64,000 nt of DNA, taken from positions 1-64,000 of the forward strand of contig JARQWU010000025.1 of assembly GCA_040182905.1 (NCBI GenBank), given 5' to 3'. The notes under the pieces were generated by a model. That model worked only from the letters and a program-made list of their open reading frames with translations. It was not told where the DNA came from and did not search any database. Position numbers and translations under genes: made by a program. Positions within the stretch are counted from its first letter, which is position 1. Each line of letters begins with the position of its first letter. The DNA comes from Barthelona sp. PAP020 (Eukaryota). Below, in pieces: positions 62,101 to 64,000 of the stretch.

Positions 62101-64000
62101 TATTCAAAATGCTATTGGATATTTCATTTGAAAATTCTAAATCTGTATGAAAAATTGGAAAATTCAAATCAATAAAATTTAATTGTTGAAATTTAAAGAA
62201 TTTATCAATATCTGAAAACAAATTTTCAGCAAAAATCATATCTTTCATTAGTTTAGTAAAATTTTTCAATTCAAACAAATCCAATTTGATAAAATCTTTT
62301 ACAAATCCTTTACAAAAATCAAATCCAAATAACAATTCAAATTTACTCTGAATTGCTAAGGTTTTTGAATTGAAATTAGATCCACTCTCTTTGAATTCAT
62401 TCAAAACATTTAAAATATTCAAAATAATTTCAAAATATTCGAAATATTGTCTAAAAATGGTTTGCAAAAAATCACAAACCTCTAAAGTACTCTCATTCTT
62501 GAAATTTTGAAACTTTTCAAAACATTTTTCAAAAACATCAATGGAATTCTTGGGAAAATCAATCAATTCGTCATCACAGATCTTTTCAAATCCTTGCAAA
62601 CAGAATTCAATTATTTTTACCAAATAACCCAATTCATCAATGATATTTTTCAATTCCAAAATTTTTTCCTTTTCTTCAACAATTTTATCAATTCCAATCA
62701 AAGCACAACTGATATTGTAATGATTAATATCACTAATATATTTTTCCAAAACATTTGCATATTTAAAACAATAATCCTTTTGCTTTATTAACCTTGAATT
62801 GATAAAACTAATATTATGAGGAAAATACAAATCAGTGAACAAAAATTTGGGAAATTTTAACAATCTTCTGTGAAAAACATAAAAGAACAGTGATATTTTG
62901 TTCTTTATATCAATTATATTTTTGTGAATGGTTTTGCAATATTCTAAGAATTCAATTGAATTCAAAATTTCATCAAAAATCATTTTTCTTCTATAAAATG
63001 AATATTCAGAGATTTTCATCTTAATTAAAGTCAAATCTTTACTGTAATCATCCCATTTGAAATTATTAGCTATATATTTGAAAACTGTCTCAATATCATT
63101 AATATTCTCCAAAAATATATACCGATATTTTATCAAATTTTCAACATTTCTTGAATTTTTTAAAAATTTCATGAATTTTCTTTCACTGTTTGCAATTTCT
63201 TCATATACTCTTTTTAATAACAAATAATTATGGCTTAAACAATCTTCAATCTTTTTTTCAATAATTTTAATCAAAGAAAATTTAAAACTTTCCTGATTTA
63301 AACGATAATTTTCAATATTTTTGAAAGGTTCCAAACTTTCAATCACATTTTTAACATCTACCAAATATTTCATCTGTTTATTCAAAGCATCATTTAAACA
63401 TTCAATATCTTCCAAAGATGGATATAGAATTTCAAATTCTTTGTCTAATTTCAAATGATTTAAACAATTAAACTTCAAATCTTTAAAAACTAAACATTGA
63501 TTCATTTGATTTTCTTCTTGATTTTTTTCTTGTTGCCTTTGAGAATAACTTTTGGATTGAACAATCAAACCTTTAAACTGCTTTTCAAGAGACTTTCTAT
63601 ATTCTAACATTTTTCTATTCACAAGAAAAATATGTTCCAATCCAATCAACAAAATTTCATGAAAATTTTCTGAAATTTTAAAACTATCAAGGCTTTGTCT
63701 TAAAACTTTCATATCAAATAATTTAAAGACAGGAATATGTTCAATCAATTCATCAAATACATTGTCAATACATAACAATAAACAATTGAGAACAACGAAA
63801 AAATTTGAAAACATATCATCTGCATTCAGATCTGTTGACTTCACTTCCATCTTTATTCTTTCCAATCCTATTTTTTGTACACTATAACTTCGCATCAAAA
63901 GACTTCTTGAAATATTTAGCTTACTGTTCAAATTAAAAGGTTTGGTTATTTCTTCAAGAGAATCTATTAACTGGTCAAATACTACATCTTTATTAAGTTT
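53138..64000 (-). CDS. Highly divergent dynein-heavy-chain-like protein with IQ motifs (5' end outside the window)
   Basis: Frame is open to position 64000. In dynein order: LILYVDN, NILRIFWIL, KIFPCL, coiled coil/MTBD-like (FFIDIKAFDRKD)/coiled coil, EWLD…LP…W…LKPSKV. Two IQ motifs; no Walker A seen. The CDS itself is secure; the family call is by eye. Confidence 0.6.
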   Translation of the reverse strand, partial: KLNKDVVFDQLIDSLEEITKPFNLNSKLNISRSLLMRSYSVQKIGLERIKMEVKSTDLNADDMFSNFFVVLNCLLLCIDNVFDELIEHIPVFKLFDMKVLRQSLDSFKISENFHEILLIGLEHIFLVNRKMLEYRKSLEKQFKGLIVQSKSYSQRQQEKNQEENQMNQCLVFKDLKFNCLNHLKLDKEFEILYPSLEDIECLNDALNKQMKYLVDVKNVIESLEPFKNIENYRLNQESFKFSLIKIIEKKIEDCLSHNYLLLKRVYEEIANSERKFMKFLKNSRNVENLIKYRYIFLENINDIETVFKYIANNFKWDDYSKDLTLIKMKISEYSFYRRKMIFDEILNSIEFLEYCKTIHKNIIDIKNKISLFFYVFHRRLLKFPKFLFTDLYFPHNISFINSRLIKQKDYCFKYANVLEKYISDINHYNISCALIGIDKIVEEKEKILELKNIIDELGYLVKIIEFCLQGFEKICDDELIDFPKNSIDVFEKCFEKFQNFKNESTLEVCDFLQTIFRQYFEYFEIILNILNVLNEFKESGSNFNSKTLAIQSKFELLFGFDFCKGFVKDFIKLDLFELKNFTKLMKDMIFAENLFSDIDKFFKFQQLNFIDLNFPIFHTDLEFSNEISNSILNKITEHSVETITLNKDDVEDIRTLKRLKDAAIVNEERIATKLTVQKPISIGVTAQEKIQAFFKGIYVRKFLLTDENYLEYRKNIKKQVEKLQNIVFIQQHIKGFLTRLKILNKKREDSMNTIYFGYNSNNSKKDSIKNSEQEMEDKIDVKISIIEEFSILNERSKSLMTHIHEIFEKLLQINWITTKEISNVSNDYIILLDKTMKVLKVLENISQNFQKAFLLGNIYNHPPLTQRFLMIYDKYCYILSIIKESSSFLETINKLNEIEANNKFNQLDIDLTRLFNSFIDFYRTKLLNESSLFILFNGNTLEKYLINFYLRKQTTVLNRELFLPQIDEFINFSDCIYSLIQRMKNQKIEVFIELKIVYFKYIRDVNLNFHDFLQQIKEFSEKYQYILLKEYLDKNYDNLEICQDIYDKIYSLLSTDLNTNVNNINIFTLLCLYGYKLGVIEQIFEKKEIYSSNENENFFITETEIETENFVSFTLQPLFYLKPIPFTFNFDEEYIIYHDFKIPFGFFNTTDFKRASPYVENILIDLIECLDKGYCLNIFCESSILFETIKAIKEYFGYEIIILNEISKDLKRSINDFLHVCLENSILVLFRLSTIEEFSFDTCVNECCIVYFENEQQMNINKYVCGKIHHVTNEVFNLIDRIKQLIIIDIIKNKNSSLIRKDLDVSLIINILNALNDIGIEFSFTEKVWKLILYVLKKENVTISVLEISRCLLGYLQHFAIDSTLFKQFDIIPRSISLIDILKADIQQFNSYNRNIPSFTKIFVPNYVTEDEIIAELSQSCNCKTFYKCTESNGLGLEKIENIFKTYQQQAKNNKDLKCTIQKEEKEEETNENGENEDFDIIFINENVDIFKLYRLTINDEIQFSKSIIFIMLIKENYNVDCYLRHETVNKIDGIIMSEFLPNDSISYHKLEFLHSIYPYIQHLMSSRIFYEILDIYISLIKDKFKEWYYYVGLIDSIKNSVKWIFAERKKEKKQIDLELFFSLSLIFLQYLTNNDSFEDLFKQFNQSNTLKSFCFYLNTKPCSFEIINQFTTYNNNFNDINDNVLIVTETYQNIIDKFEVNYLYLTQEIDLITLKQMIDSICEIKFEEFMFSKGNSHLILYVDNFQIANEEIVSYLMNLLEVHYNLKLILGLTTNVENCWEIQTYEKLPAFHKFKFFPTNNFSNFNNILNSFTKHLNYNLKLYFAYSIKYPLGYHEQLMFEIQNCIDNCIFDNSKENIEVILYFFLFQCFISSRFDKLIEFKKLKEIFKSSVQKFYTSGPNIHYGQVCFVPVKLLEYLKIENQKMYVVKTPTGLEFDLVNDTFDLFTIIVKEFNLKNVSNILRIFWILFIIQFDSLHFFCEERIDNECFDIIRRISNICSSKHLECSTLECSKNVEEFYVFEHLIEKFESFLNILVDKIHISKKIIVLVPLDNFDPKILFILLNIVYWNHFSFNNTKLLVLKTYFTTVFDKAMLNVLQTISADLILNNNIVFKLYECLNDITFIFQGNQNYSRHYLKIFPCLDVHLRNNEILSWEINAILKTNKENLSEQLMHHLCYCFIKCFDYFDNFKSSDCKNKEYFKHLIETFDIVYRFAFEFKKELTKKKEMYDKNFKSLLVEKLAINEKFALTKQKIKVLIERRDNTIHSLGERKMFLSTLKEKSIIEVNTTRYNTLKSILDKRKVEYNKKLDKFQKSYENLQNLDFFKFGDVIYQICHIHQLDHPLDHILLGFYAIIDNQTYENRIEDPIELLQRLKASLTAREQFFIDIKAFDRKDFIIDDKILQFISKILQTIAKMMIPITNPLFLLFLETLNNFFKLAQFTPVINDLKQTLRMENERITNQNVQNEVLIEQIGDIKKQMIDLSNSLDEVTKKILIKKEEVNICLNELAELEKRILIKPSFVEHDINFEFAEALSSYCAFEISLLPLMLYKDKKKVEEFLHKDLSERNLIFGVDFKEFISVVERFMILFLSRHYQSSITNFPNGRQIDMLGSIIGDILNNPSRFQSNANSIIPFDDMLGTEIQSEVISVVEETEAYSISSSRGGYASVQDNSDEMIVSSDDDNNNNSNDGIEFDDSFENDESSLSQDFYQTTSVYDEFTGENDVICEVVEEIGSDEEDEDFNLLDEMNGKTSAYSNGIDKIFSAIDEDQLNQFKLNNVVFSFSSNHNQLESFEIKNSNGFFSILLKLDPLSISFIFFNQFIQLINFPKSLVQDLALLFNDCSLITKWIDLRPNTINIIDCNELPDKELDFNSFNEQTQVIWISEIPLDHYLFNKYHFHLKNSTLNYVLGVLLLPDSSKETMLNIIRLYRPENTIESVDDNILKDTQELFEYFDKNYFEKFTPCLQIFQLFCIIATVNKSHQIYHNISVFHILEKILGIFHHCNIFSEHFEIVQVFECLKKFNFMEKFQIGIQFAFELGYITRHDIEVIEMILCEKITSVEEIIEYYNKSSENFKKSFEKKKNSFYEWLDYEENESLLLPLEEPWHNVHQVIFILVLKPSKVLFALDCFFNDIGFKFFGVKSDIDELDKSNFALIFDQKLHAFVTKLTEFFNVDSSLYTFESAENMAKITLTLEKSDQFLISFYNSKKFFMELFFVFTHLKIDLNTQLQQKTAVIYISLTYLAELLNIKKPTYYYLLYCCMGFKEYGNSFDFTYYFPLINNIKLKNWFNIFINSFSFDNQTQNVDHFIEKILSNFSCLFEDKKSIYSHFSGIFKRDLSLTYSKTNLSMYRLCNSYLNKLIHNTQDRFGVTSLNNDFNSFDENLQTYKVAMKKNLEDFIKLLRNIKKTFEINEFNYCLKQLEIFTYLSNNILPNLSFQNKIWHNHDFMTLDNFVQVFENIFQPLSINSFKNYHHVIDCTFLNKPSAYLFQNLRQKELFLILKKDLKKIQMSSHLQILRTINNLRINNVDIVNKESLNDELSKYSDVSKEKIKKLSFRMGNSILLKETCLIDILDDDKLKEYEKVKVFDDSILTVYLLFFNCTYNLNNTVENVLISIDCENRC

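Noticed and set aside
128..63931. Alternative genetic code (stop reassignment)
   Set aside because: TAA, TAG and TGA all end conserved genes at the expected positions, and very long ORFs contain none in frame.

Overview
Very AT-rich, gene-dense, intron-poor eukaryotic DNA read with the standard code. It looks like a flagellated, probably anaerobic protist (metamonad-like; this is an inference). There are about 28 protein genes. Trafficking and autophagy: FYVE protein, GLTP, TBC1D5-like RabGAP, ATG2-like, Sec1/Munc18, ELMOD, CHMP5, VPS26C. Ribosome and replication: RPS20, TRM112, Cgr1-like, RRP15, RFC5. Also present: two kinases (AGC-VIII-like, MOK), two bacterial-type enzymes (Fe-ADH, HAD), a ~4600-aa adhesion-receptor-like membrane protein and a >3600-aa degenerate dynein-heavy-chain-like protein that runs off the right edge. 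Three 36-43 nt spliceosomal introns were found by hand. No rRNA, tRNA, CRISPR or intact mobile element was seen. The best lead is an ankyrin-repeat protein and a WD40 protein, about 17.7 kb apart, that end in the same ~64-aa module (…AGxYMNQxDxxMTxNxCWDLVDINExNGGNM plus acidic tail; 37/64 identical by hand alignment), which I do not recognise. The ankyrin array is recently amplified and varies at its binding face. Together these suggest a modular 'variable repeat sensor + constant C-terminal adaptor' family, analogous to ASB/WSB SOCS-box proteins.
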